From Paraspadella gotoi (Eukaryota; Animalia; Chaetognatha): a DNA stretch of 64,000 bases. The stretch's first letter is position 1, and each line of letters opens with the position of its first letter. A program made the position numbers and the translations under genes. Shown one piece after another: positions 49,601-62,325 of this stretch. Location of the stretch: NCBI GenBank assembly GCA_051294375.1, contig CM119271.1, positions 6,945,632 to 7,009,631 of the forward strand, in the 5' to 3' direction. Below the pieces are notes generated by a model, which searched no databases, was not told the DNA's origin, and worked only from the letters and a program-made list of their open reading frames with translations.

Positions 49601-52600
49601 AACCTTTTTTTTTTTCAGAGGGAAAAAAAGTAGCAATGGACGTGGCCACCTGGGAGAAGCTTTATCAACAGCGTCTGAAGGAGGAGTTCGGCAAGGAATG
49701 GAAACAAAAAGAATCTCTCTACGCTTCCTATGCCTACGACGCCACTTGGGTCTATGCCAAAGCGCTTGACCACTACGTCCAAGAAAACGACCTCGAATCC
49801 ATTCACACGCGCCCCAACACCGTTAAGTTTATGCAACTCTTGCGCGACGTTACCTTTCAGGGCGTTTCCGGTCCTCTCTCCTTCAAGAAGAACACCACCG
49901 CTCCTCTGGTCAAAAGCGCCGTCTCTTTGAGCCGCAAAAAGCGGCGCGCCTCTGAAGGCGGATTTGAAGATGACAACGCCAGCGCTGCCGCCGATCGTGT
50001 CGGGGGGTGGAGCGACTCCAGCGACAGGGAGGATACTTTCGTCTATCTTCAACAGAATGACCTATACACGGGCCAGAACAAAAAGGTCGCTAAGTACATG
50101 AAGAACAAATTGATCACGGACTTTTCGGTAAAAGATATCGCCATGGGTTTCGCAAAAATTTGCTGGCCGAACGGTCATCCGATTAAAGACATGCTCGAGG
50201 AAATTCATTGCGGCGTCTCCCCCCTCGACAAGTGGTTGGGCTTTGATGAGAACTCTCCCAACTGTCCCAAGACTTTGGCTTTCCTTAACGTCTTCGGCGG
50301 GATTATTTGTGTCATCGTCATCGTCGTAGTTTTCTTTCTCTTCAACAAAAAGCTAAAGCGGCTCAAGAAGAACGCGGATCGCATGAACGGACTGGGAATT
50401 CTCGGAAACGGCCATCCCTGCCTTCAGCTGGACGATTGGGAAATTCCGAGGGAAAACATCGTAATCAACAGAAAACTTGGAGAGGGAGCCTTTGGTAAGT
50501 CCTGTTTACCGTTTCGTCGTGAGCGCGGATAGACCGATGGATTCCTTTATTTGCGTAGATTAGAATTTTAATTTGAATGTAGTAAAATTAAAAATTATTA
50601 CTTCTTACTTAATACGTTCTTTGTAGTTAACTTTAAAATTCTTGTGGTTCAAGTCTATAAAAACAGACTTACTATTACAATCTGTCAATCCATTTTTTAG
50701 GCACGGTTTACGGAGGGGAGGCATATTTCGAAGAGAAGGGATGGCAGTCAGTGGCCATCAAAACTCTTAAAGAAGGTGCTCAAATGGAGGAGAAAATTGA
50801 TTTTTTGTCGGAGGCCAACATGATGAAAAGATTTCAACATAAAAACATCGTGGAACTTTTGGGCGTCTGTACGAGATGCGAGAGAAGAACCGATCAGGTG
50901 ATGGGATATTTAGTTCGAGACTCGCTTACGAATTTTTATGGTTTTTGAGGTAACATACGTTCCTTTAGATCCAAAGCTAAATGAAGAACAGCAATAAATT
51001 TAAAGGAAAGACCGATCAACCAATCGGGGCAACTGTCGGAATTTAAGTTGTTAAACTTGTGTCATCAAGCAGTAAACATTTTTTTCTTTTCAGGTTTACA
51101 CGGTGATGGAATTCATGCTATTCGGAGACCTAAAAACCTATCTCTTGTCTCGCCGCTCCCTTGTGGGCCAAGTAGCCGGTGGGACCGGTGGTGCTGCTGA
51201 GGGTCGCGAGATCGACGACGTCAGCAGCCGACGGTTAACGTCGATGGCGTTAGACATCGCCAATGGGATGGCCTATCTCAATCAATTGGACTTGGTGCAC
51301 AGAGACTTGGCTTCGCGCAACTGTCTCCTCAGTGCCGAAAAGACAGTCAAGATCGGCGACTTTGGCATGGCCCGTCAAATGTTCGACAATGACTACTATC
51401 GTTTCTCTAAAAAGGGCATGCTGCCCGTACGGTGGATGGCGCCAGAATCGCTCGCCGACGGTCTGTACACACCCCAGTCAGACGTGTGGAGCTACGGAAT
51501 CGTCCTCTACGAAATCATTACTTTTGGAAGCTTTCCATATCAGGGCATTTCCAACAGCCAGGTCGTCGAGTATGTGAAGGCAGGCAACAAGCTCGTCCTC
51601 TCGGAGGCCATCCCGCTGGAGCTTCGCGAGATGCTCGGGCGCTGCTGGGAATTTCAGCCAGACGAACGACCCACTATCACTGACATTGTCGAAGTCCTGG
51701 TTGAGAATTCTATGATGATCTCTCCTTGCCTGGAGGCGCCGGTCGCCTCAGTTCCAATCGAGGGAGCCGGGTCTCTAGAACTCGTGTCTATACCTTGGGC
51801 AGTTGACCGAGGCCAGGGTATCGGCGGTGGACCCGGCGGCGGCCCCGTTAGTGGCCCAGGCGTCGCTCCCAACAGTGTGGGTCAAGTCCTCAGCAACGGA
51901 CATCCTGAAGTCGGAAACCATCGAAAACGTTCCCAGGCGCCCAAGTCAACGTCGTCCTTTTCGGACCATCACCAGCATCAACCTCGATCCCCAATCGCCC
52001 GAAACCTTTCCCACCCCTCCACCGTATCCACCACCACCACGGCCACCTTGCCGTTCGAACAGAACCTCCCAGAAGGTTTCGGTTCTGTAGAACCTCACCT
52101 TCCCAAGGCTCACATTGGCACCCGCGAAAAATTCTTCGCGCGTTCCAATTCGGACGAAGCCTCGGAGGCCAACTCTCCGCCACCCACGCCCACCGCCCAA
52201 CTCACCTCGTTTTTCAGTTCGGCCGCTCAGGCTTTACGTGGGACCCGCCGGTCACCAAGCGGAAACAGCCTTCAGCAAAGCAACAGTGATAATTTCGTCG
52301 CCTCCAAGGCTAACAGCCTGGGCTTCTCCTCAACCCCGTCACCCACCGCTTCGGGACTGACTACCCCAATGGGGCTCACCCCTACCAAACAAAACCCCCT
52401 CCATTATCATAATCCATTAACTCAATCCCATCGACACAACGTTGGCTGTGGCGTCGGCGTTGGCGAAGGTGCTGCGCCATCGGATCTCGGCGACGGGTTA
52501 CATGCCGAGGCGATGCCACTGCAGCCGATGCGGCGAAAGTCTAGTGCAGATCACCCTATCGGCGGCTTGATAGCATCACCGCCTCGAACTGGCCGTTCTC

Positions 52601-53347
52601 CACCTGCAGCGCTAATGAATTTGTATTCCGACGAACCGACGTCGAACAAGCCTCAAAATTCGAACGGGTCTCTCCCTTTTCATGAAACTTCTCTCTTAAA
52701 TCAACCTTCCCTTACTTCAAAGTGAGTTTCTGAATGAAATCTTAACTTTTGTTATTAGATAATGATATTAGATAATGATTTCCGTTATTATCTTTTTGTT
52801 CGTGTCCACCTTAAGCAATTCCGCGTCGAGCCACTCCGTCCGTCCCGTCCTCTTCCCGACAAGCGCGCCACCTGCGGTGACCAACCCCGCCACTTTACCG
52901 CTCAATACTTCGCCAACGCTCCAACCGTCTCGAGCCACTGGAAACGATTCCGCCTACGGCAGTGGAGTTGGGCCCACGGGATTAGCGTCGAACGGAGTTG
53001 CAACGGTCCATGGCTCTTTCGCGGGTCTCGCTGACCCGCGAGAAGGAGGCTGCAAAGGATCTCCTTTCCCAAGTCGCCGCCATGAAGGCGACTTCGGGGA
53101 AAAAGAAGACGATGACCCGCACAGTGACGATGGCCTTCACGATCCGTCTCGATTTTACTGTCTGGATGAACCGGAAGTGGGTATCGAAGGATCGTCTGAG
53201 GCGCTCCGGTCGCGGGTCCAAGAGAATAACGAGTGCTACCAGCCCCTCTTAACTAAAATAAACTTGAGCCCTTCAGACGAAGACCACCATATCGTGGAAG
53301 CGACGAACCAAAGCCCCCTCTTGACTGACGCCACGACGCTCATATAA
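46659..53347 (+). CDS. VKR: Venus kinase receptor: Venus-flytrap ectodomain, TM segment and insulin-receptor-like tyrosine kinase (about 6 exons)
   Basis: VFT motifs AIAMINND, DTQC, GIVGPGCT, ISYSA, FLRTVP and YAYDATW; TM near 50275-50345; GEGAFG, VAIK, HRDLASRN, DFG, DYYR and LPVRWMAPE; last exon 52816-53347 is in frame. Confidence 0.9.
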
Positions 53348-55268
53348 AACATAGAAAAACGCCTTTTTCTTTTTCAAACCGCCATTCGCTCGTCTTCATA
53401 CACGCTAATTTGAATCAAGATGGGCAGAAAATAGAAGATGAGTTTACAGGTGTTAATATACGATTATATTTTTGGATTGAATATTTAAAAATATACTAAA
53501 TACGACTACTTAAGATTGATCCAAAGAACTAAAAAAAAAGGTAAATTGCCGCGATTGCTCATCTTCTAATAATTGTCAATCTGAACGTACTTTTTAGTGA
53601 TTCTCACAAACATCTTCCATTTTTGGAGCTCCGCACCCGTTTCTAAGTTTCTAAAAAGAATACCATTTAGTGATTTAATAGTCTTCCGCTGTTATATAAC
53701 TTTTAGGGTGTAGTGAAGAAGCATGACAACATAAAATCTAAGTTTGTCTGTAGACCCGAGTTAAAAAATATTCGATTTCGTTTGATTTATACCTTCTACA
53801 ATGATTCTTCGAAAAACTGCATTGTTTAATTTTATTGTCAGCTTTTTATAATTTTACATCCTTGTAAAAATGTTTCTGTAGATGTTTTTAGTTAAATTTT
53901 TTGTCCACCGTCTTGTTTAGAAAAAACGAGAAACATAACATAAACAAGCGATGATATCAAAAAGGAAGATATCTATTGTGTTCATGGCACTCTATCATTA
54001 AATCTAAACCCATTTTAGTGATTTCTGGACCTCCTTCTGTCCAACCTGTGATTAACTATTCGAGCAATGACCTTCTCTGGCTCTTTACTTTGTTTCACTC
54101 ATTGTCGTTGTTACGAGCTATTGATAATATTTTTTTTTCGACTGCTATTTGGATAAGCGCTTTTATGGGCTATAAATATTATTAAAATTTTTCTCGTTGC
54201 TGTATTTATATTTTGACATAATTATAGTAACAGTATTTATTAAGAGTATTTCATTTGCTCTCTGGAGCACTGTCCACGGAACAGTGATTGTCTGCATATA
54301 TTAATTATTTATATATCAGTTTTTCTGTATATTGTTTGCTACTTCTTAGGGCAACTTCGACGTTTTGTTTTTGCACATAATTCGCTTCGTTATGAATTCG
54401 TAAGTTTCAATATAGAAATATCATTATTCAATATTACGAAGTTTTTAGGGACATAATAACGTCTGAGTATAATTACATTAAATCTGAATAGAAAATGTTT
54501 TCGTAAAAATATTAAATAATGATAATTTAGATTATTAATGAGATGGGACTCTAGGTTAGAGATCAGCGAGCGAATCTCGGTAGAGAGAATAAAGACCTCG
54601 GAATTTAAACGAAGCCGAATATTTAATATATTCATTTCGTCCTCCTTTTGAATATTATCTATAATTTTTATTGAAAACTTTTTTTAAATTGATAAATGTG
54701 ATTAAAAAAGGTTTTTTTTCCACAGATTTCAAAATATATAGTATATTTATTATGACTTTAAAAATTAGTTTTTAATTGTGCAGATTTTTTTTCTACATAA
54801 TTGATTTTGTAGAGCCTTTATTGCTGGTATATATAGTCATTTCAAATATCGAATTTTGTTTTTAAAGTTCATTATCCCGAAAAATTTTATATAATCGACG
54901 TTTTAACAAGAATTATTCATATATGCAGTATTGCATATAATTACATCCTGTTACAAAGCCACCTTAAGCAATTTCATTTTATTTATTTTTATAAATTATT
55001 ATTTCTTCACTAGTGCATGGATTTAGAGAACTGTATTAATTGTACGTCTGTACAACGTTAACAGAAAGCAATTTACACCTCACCCAGTATTTCTTTGGAA
55101 GGGTTCTGAAGTTGGCTTTCTGTTTTACGTAGAGTACGATTTTAAATCTGTCATCTGTTTATTGTTTACTGATTATTTACTAAATATACTTGTTTGCGAC
55201 TTGTACTTTAACAGATATCTTGTGGGCTCAGTAAAGTTTGATAAAAAAAAGACCAAAAGAGTAAGGTC

Positions 55269-56973
55269 ATGGTCTTGAACGAGAAACGTTTGGTCCGCAT
55301 GCTGGCGGCCCACGTTTACTTAGTGACATCGTTGCTCGAAGACACTGAGGTTTTTTTTATGGTGCGACTCGGCGCCAATAGTGGAAAGAAAGAGGAAGAG
55401 GGCGACCCAGATTGTCTTAGCAACACCCGTCTCTGGCTTGGCCGAGGCTCACTCAGAAAGGAGTTTCTTCTCAGTGGCATCACCGCCGCCGATGCGGACG
55501 AAGAGATGGATGGGTTTCTCGCCTACGCGCCCAAAGAGGGAGCATCCCCCTCGCGGCTGCGGGAGCGGGATGAGTCAAGAGAAATCGAAACGACCGAACA
55601 ACAGTGGGATTTGGAAGGCGGGGTCGTGCGGAGTGCGAGCGAGGACCGCACCATGAACCGCATCGCCAGGGATCACGACGAAAAGAGTGGGGACGAGATG
55701 GGGATCAATTGTTCTAGCGACGGGGAGGAAGTAATTGGTGCGTGACTGGTTTTTACATGAGAGTAGTATAGTTTTGACTGAAGTACTACGTACTCAATGT
55801 ATTCCATTAAATTGTTTTTTGCTTTTTTCCTCCAGACGATTGCGACTCCTTCAACATGTTAGTCCAGGGAGAAGACGAAGTGTCCTCTGCCTTCGATGGC
55901 TTGCGAAGTGTAAAGCCGGTCGATGAAGACGAAGACGATTTAATCGGGATCGCGCCAATCCCGTCAGAGGATCCCGCGGATGAGTCGGGAAAGATCGATG
56001 ACTTGACCATTTCCGACGACTCTTTTTTTGGAGTTTTAACACGCGTGGATATGGCGAAGGAGGAGGTAGTCGAAGGTGATTTTTTTCGAGATGGCCTGAT
56101 AGTTTATTTTCCAAATTAGAAACGTACGAGAAACTGGTGGTATTACCATTCAGATCGCGAATCCCTCCAAGATATTTCCGAGATCGGATGGAAGGTCGAG
56201 AGGCGGCAGTGGGCGAAGCGCTACGCGCGCAAAAGATCGAAGGCTCCCACGAAGCGCAACTCGTCCTCCGGTCAAAACCTTCATTCCAAAGCCTTCGTTG
56301 ACGGGCGCGTGATGGATATTCGGCCGGGTCCTCGGGTACAAACTACCTCCAAGATCTCACCGGTGTGGAAATTCTTTGGATTTTTGGAGCTGGATGGAGT
56401 GGAACAGTGCAAGGGGTACACGGTGTGCCGATTATGCCTTAAACGGGTCAGCCGCGCTTCGCACACCACCAAGGGAATGAGAGATCACATGGTGCTTTGG
56501 CACGAGGACGCGTGGAGGCAGGCGGCCGCCGAGGGAGATGACTCGCGGGGGAACGGCAAAGGGGTCGCTGGCGGCGTCTCGGTGACGGGTGCCGGGCCGC
56601 CGGCAACGTCAAAGAGATGGAATCCTTCTGATCGCGAGAGTTTCCTCCTCGCCTCTTGGTTTCACAGTGAACAATTTCCCGACGCAGCAGCCTACGCTCG
56701 AATTGCCCGGGATGTCGGGGTGAGCGTCACTGTGGTCAAGCAGTGGTTCATTAATCAGCGGAGAAGAGGATTTCCCGCCAGGTACATGGTTTTGGCAATT
56801 TGAGTTTATGTAGATATATTTTGCTACAGGTACATGAGCTGTAAAGCGTGAGTAAATTCTTTTCTTTTCCTCCCAGGCGATTCCTAACCAACCCTGAGTT
56901 TATATCAAAACATTCGATGAATCCCGACGCTGAAAGTAGTCGTAATTATACAAAACTTTGTTTCAAGCAGTGA
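55269..56973 (+). CDS. BED zinc finger + homeodomain protein (exons about 55269-55737, 55836-56075, 56154-56781, plus small 3' exons)
   Basis: SPVWKFF...CRLC...HMVLWH (BED finger) followed by LASWF...FP...IARDVGVS..VVKQWFINQRRR (homeodomain helix 3); splice phases are compatible. Confidence 0.7.
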
Positions 56974-57142
56974 TGGTCTTGGTCTTCGTTAATATCTAGG
57001 TGATTCGTTGTCATTATTTAATTCATTAATTTATAGTATCATAATTTTTATTTTGCTCTAAAATTCTGCTCGAATACAATTTTCTCGTCCGTTCACATTT
57101 TTTTCCGCTTATTTTCAAATCCAATGAAAAAAAAATGTAGAA

Positions 57143-57670
57143 ATGTCAAGGAACCCGCGCGTTTATTTCGACGTGACCATCGAAGGTCGCGACGTCGGAC
57201 GCATCGAGTTCGAACTTCGCAGCGACGTTGCGCCGCGCACGGTCGAAAACTTTCGCGCCCTTTGTACCGGCGAGCGGGGATTCGGCTACAGAGGCTCCAG
57301 GTTTCACCGCATCGTTCCCGATTTCGTCGTTCAGGGCGGCGATGTGACTCGCGGCGACGGAACGGGTGGCCGTTGCATCTATGAGAAGCGAGTGTTCGGC
57401 CGTCCCATCTTCAACCGGACGTTTAAAGACGAAAACTTTGCGTTGAAGCACGACCAACCCGGGGTGTTATCGATGGCCAACCGTGGGAGGAACACAAACA
57501 CTAGTCAGTTTTTCGTGACCTTGTATCGGGCCGACGCGTTGGACGGGGATCACGTGGTTTTCGGTCGAGTGACGAAAGGGATGGAAGTGGTCAAGGAGAT
57601 AGAGAGCGCGGGGACGGGTTCTGGCATGCCTACGAAAAGCGTTACTATTAAGGAGTGCGGAGAACTGTGA
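57143..57670 (+). CDS. Cyclophilin-type peptidyl-prolyl isomerase, intronless
   Basis: [47 protein letters not shown] and HVVFG. Confidence 0.95.
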   Translation: MSRNPRVYFDVTIEGRDVGRIEFELRSDVAPRTVENFRALCTGERGFGYRGSRFHRIVPDFVVQGGDVTRGDGTGGRCIYEKRVFGRPIFNRTFKDENFALKHDQPGVLSMANRGRNTNTSQFFVTLYRADALDGDHVVFGRVTKGMEVVKEIESAGTGSGMPTKSVTIKECGEL

Positions 57671-58000
57671 GGATGAAGACAAGAGAAAGTATCTTATTGC
57701 AAAAAAAGAATTGAAAGTAAATCAATAAAAGAACTTAGAACCATCGGTTGATAATTGGCTTTCGGACGAGGCTTGAAACTAGCTATAACAGCTTTACCGG
57801 TCCAGAAAAAAAAGGTCTGGTATTTGCATGTTCTTGGGAACTCGGATCGGCTATCCAAGTTTTATTTCTAGGTATTTAACACAATTTTTTTTGCGTTAAA
57901 TTTTGTTTTTCGCCAATTGGAAGAGTGCCACAAAATATATACTATGCTATAGTGTACTTTTTTCCTCCAACATGTTTCAGTCCCAGTTCATTGATCAAAA

Positions 58001-58825
58001 ATGAATTCGCCGCTTAGAAGTTCTCAAGAGGCTGACTATTCAGATTACGGCGCTTTTTCCGGTTATGAGGATTTGAACGATGAGGTGGAAGACGAGGAAA
58101 TCCGAGAAGAGTTTGTCGACGGCGATGGCGCCGAGGGAAGCGAGAGGCCCGGGTTCGAGGTAGACGAATCGGAGACGGAATTTGACGACGAAGAAAAAAG
58201 AGCGGAAGTGGGCAAAGACGATTATCAGGAAGAGTACTACGAAGACGACGGCGTCGAACGAAACGGCGCCGATTCTAATTCGCTCTTCCTTTCTCGCGAG
58301 TCGGAAAGCGAGAGCGCCACTTGTCTCGAAAGTAACAGAGTGATTTCTCGACAGTCGTCCCAAGTCAGGGAAGGAGCAACGTCGCGGCCCAACAGGCGAA
58401 ATCGGGAAGAGCGTCTACGAAATCGCTACGACGAGACCGCTTCCTTTTCGAGGTCGAGCAGAGCGTCATCCACGGCGGAGGCCTCGACTCCGGCATCGTC
58501 AGCGTCCTCGCGTCAAAGAGTCGAGGGAATGAAAAATAGTCAAAGTTTGGAGGCCGATTTAAAGTCCGTGATCGATCTTGTCCGTTGCAAAGAGGCCGAT
58601 CTCAAGGACGGGATGAAGAATCATCGAAAGGTCATCGGCCAGATCGCTTCCGGGTTCTTGCAAGCCATGGAAAAGGGTCACGAAAGTATGATGGGTCGGA
58701 TGGTGCCGCAGATTAACGAGAGAGTCAAGAGACTTACTCTCAAGCTGGAGAAAATTCGTAACTTGGAGGAAGAGTTGCGAGAGTTCCACAGCATCGCGGG
58801 TTCACTACTGGAAGAAGAAATATGA
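58001..58825 (+). CDS. Acidic N-terminus plus C-terminal coiled coil, SYCE2-like
   Basis: 274-aa ORF; the last roughly 90 aa show the ID..M.N.R..I.E..KI..LE.EL pattern of the SYCE2 core, from recalled sequence. Confidence 0.6.
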   Translation: MNSPLRSSQEADYSDYGAFSGYEDLNDEVEDEEIREEFVDGDGAEGSERPGFEVDESETEFDDEEKRAEVGKDDYQEEYYEDDGVERNGADSNSLFLSRESESESATCLESNRVISRQSSQVREGATSRPNRRNREERLRNRYDETASFSRSSRASSTAEASTPASSASSRQRVEGMKNSQSLEADLKSVIDLVRCKEADLKDGMKNHRKVIGQIASGFLQAMEKGHESMMGRMVPQINERVKRLTLKLEKIRNLEEELREFHSIAGSLLEEEI

Positions 58826-59218
58826 TTTACTTTTTTTTTGTTTATTTAAAATCAATTTTGTTTGTTTCTGATTCCATTTTTCTGACTTGGTCACCAGCAA
58901 TGCATTAGTGAGTAGCAATTTGTGTTACGCTGCTTAGTTATATATATTGTCTCAGTTTTGTTACTAGTGGGGACAAGAAGTTTTTGACAGGGTAATCATT
59001 ATTAGTTAAGGCTTAAGTTTGTCTTGAGAATGTGATTCTCGAATTATTAGTGCACTTATATTAAAAGAAGTTAAGATTTTATGCTGTTTTTTTTTCGTAA
59101 AGCCTTTATCATCTGCAATTCGGGCTGCTTTTATAGTTGACACATTTTATTGTTTTTATTTTTTGGTTTTGTTTTATTTCAGATTTTTAATAATTAAAAT
59201 TTCCCGTATCATAAAAAC

Positions 59219-61877
59219 ATGGGTAAAATAAAAAAGAAGTTCGAGCGCGGGGCGGCGACCAACTACGTGACCCGAAATCAGGCTCTTCGTCGACTCCAAC
59301 TGAGCCTCAAAGACTTTCGGCGGCTTTGCATTTTAAAGGGGATTTACCCCGTTGAGCCCAAGCATAAAAAGAAGGCAAACAAGGGCTCGACTGCGCCGAG
59401 AACTTTTTACATTGCCAAAGACATTCAGTTTCTCGCGCATGAACCTATCATCAACAAATTTCGTGCCTACAAAATCTTTCTGAGAAAATTAAAGCGGGCT
59501 ACGGAGAAGAAAGACCGTTTGACATCTCGCCGAATACTCGACGCCAAGCCACAGTTTAAGTTAGACCATGTGGTTAAAGAACGCTATCCGACGTTTCAGG
59601 TGAGCCCTTTTAAAATTTAAATGAAAAAATATTGCTACTATTTCTATTAATGCTTAATGTCGTTTTCAGGATTCCCTGGCCGATTTAGACGACTGTTTGA
59701 CGATGCTATTTCTTTTTTCGACGTTTCCTAAGCTGAAAGTTGTTGGAGAAAAAATCTTACGGCAATGTAGGCGATTGAGCGTCGAATTTTTGCACTACGT
59801 TATCCACACGAAGTCGCTCAAAAAAGTTTTCGTCTCAATCAAAGGTAAAATACAATGGCGACTATTTATGGCAATTGACAGATTTTACTTTCGTCGACCA
59901 GGATTATATCGTCCGTTCTCCCCCCCTAAAAAAATATTTTTTTTACCGTTTAGTCTAGAGACATATCACTTTCAGTTGTACCCATCATACAACTCATTTA
60001 TGGATTATGCTGGAAGAAATCAGCGAAACTTTTTCTCTTTTTTTTAAATATTTTGTACTAGTGCGTCCGAAATCTACGAAATCTATAAATCTATAAATCT
60101 ATAAGAAGAAACGCTGATGAAGGCTTAAAGGCAAGATCCGAAACATGTCCAATGTGAATAAAATCGTTGTTTACAAACAAACAAACTTTGTTTTCTCTAA
60201 CTAATTAAACACAACGAAAAAGAAAGGAAATAATATAAGAAGAAACTCGAAAATTTTATTCTGACAAATTTTGATTTCAAGGCTGACGTTTATGACTATA
60301 TCTCGGAAACCATTGTAGGAATTTAAAAACGGGTTTTTTTTTGCAAGTGAATATTGATATCATCCTCCAGGGACCGGCATAAAAATATCTAAAAAAATAA
60401 ACTTGTCGGCCAAATTAAAAATTAACCCAGAAATCATTAGTACGAGTATTAATATGCTTCTATTGTGTTCATTCCAGGGATATATTTTCAAGCTGATGTT
60501 CAAGGACATATGGTTACCTGGGTTATACCTCACAGCACAGCAGGAAGCTATAAGTCTCCTCAGGACGTCGACTTTAAGATCATGGCGACGTTTGTGGAAT
60601 TTTACGTGACGCTGATGGGATTCGTTAATTACAAATTGTAAGCGAGTTAATAGGTATCCATTAACCCGATTGACTATAAACAGTTTTTTTTTTATTTTTA
60701 CAGATTTCAAACTGTGGGTTTGATCTATCCGCCGAAACTTCAAGGGCTTTCATCGGACGCCTCCAGTTTATGCCTCGAGGCCGACGCGGACGCGGAAATC
60801 ATCGCGTCCCTCAATCGAGACCTCGTCAATTCCGCCGGAGCCGAAGCCCTCGACGGCGAAAACGTTGGCGACGATTTTCTGGAATCGCGCGCCGACGAGG
60901 CAGGGGGCGAAGCCGAAACCGAGGAGGAGCGCGCGAGAAGAAAGCTGCTGGAGGAAGAGGAGGCGCGGGATGCTAAACTCCACACTCTCTTCAAAGGCTT
61001 CAAAGTGTTTTTAGGTCGGGAAGTCAATCGCGAGGTTTTGGTGTTTCTCATTCGCGGCTGCGGCGGCGAAGTCTCCTGGTCTCCGACTCTGGCGGTTGGC
61101 GCCACTTTCGACGAGAAGGACCCTTCTATCACGCACCAGATCGTGGATCGTCCGGAGATTCGCGATCAGGTTTTGTCGAGGATCTATTTGCAGCCTCAGT
61201 GGCTCTTCGACTGCGTCAACGCCAGGATGCTGCTTCCGACGAAAGACTACTTTCCAGGCGCCACACTTCCACCTCACCTTAGTCCCTTTATTGAGGAAAA
61301 GGAGGGAGAGTATGTTCCGCCAGAGAAGAAGCGGCTTCAGGAACTGCAGAGCGGAGCGCGTTCTGTTGAAGAGGAGGAGGTGGAAAATGAGAAGACGGCG
61401 AAGGTGGAGGGAGAGGATGAGGAGGAAGAAGAATCTGGAGACGATGAGGATGAGGAGGAAGAGGAGGAAGAAGGAGAATCGGAAAACGACGCCGATGGCG
61501 AAGATGAGGTCGAAGATGACGATGAGGACGACGACGATGACGAATCTGAAGACGACGAAGATGAAGAATCGGAGGATGAAGCTCCGCGATTGAAAAGGCC
61601 CAAGCTAGAGGACGAAGCCAAGAAGATACCGATGACGAAGGAAGAACGACTCGAGAAAATGTCGGTGACGGCTGCGAAACCGAAGAAGGACAACAGCAAA
61701 GAAGTCGACTTTCAGGCGCGAAACGAAGAGAGGAAACTACAGGAAATGATGATCCCTAAAAAACGCAAGAGGCTCTACGAAAAAATCGTCAAGGGCAAGA
61801 AGAAACGGACGGCCGGTGCGAAGCGGCTCGAGGAAAAGCGAAAAAATTACGAACAAAAGCAAAAGAAGGTTCGATGA
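59219..61877 (+). CDS. PES1: Pescadillo homolog (4 exons)
   Basis: [49 protein letters not shown] domain ([27 protein letters not shown]), acidic and basic tail. Confidence 0.96.
60112..60165 (+). mobile_element. Penelope-like terminal fragment with a minimal hammerhead motif, in a PES1 intron
   Basis: CTGATGA (60114-60120), short stem, GAAACATGTC, then AATAAA; same family as 12643-12804; preceded by (AAATCTAT)n. Confidence 0.6.
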
Positions 61878-62325
61878 AGGAACTCGCAAAATTGTGGATG
61901 TGGTTCTCGTGTTGTTGACAATCTTCGTTGATCGGTCGTCTCGTTTTTTGAAATTTTTTTTAATATTAATGTTAAAGCTATGTTTTCGTTATTAGTTACA
62001 TTTTTGCGAATTTGAAAATACTTTCAGCGTAATCTGGACCGTAAGTTTTCTTCTTCCGGACGTTCCACAATTTTGGAAATTCTCGCCCAACATCGCAAAT
62101 GCATTCTACTAGATGCTCGACCGATGATTACTCGGCAACAGAACAATTTGGGGGGGGGGGAGGGGAATACGTTTAACTTTTAGAAAAAAATTGTATGGGT
62201 TTTTAGTTGTGGGTGAAATAACTTAATTGTAAAGTGTAAAGCCAGTGCAATGAAGATTGACTTAATGTGCGTATTGCAATTACGTATCTTAAATTTAAAT
62301 ATAATAATAAATAAAAAAATTGAAG

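Noticed and set aside
61337-61699. Poly-Ser minus-strand ORF
   Set aside because: Antisense of the acidic D/E tract of PES1.
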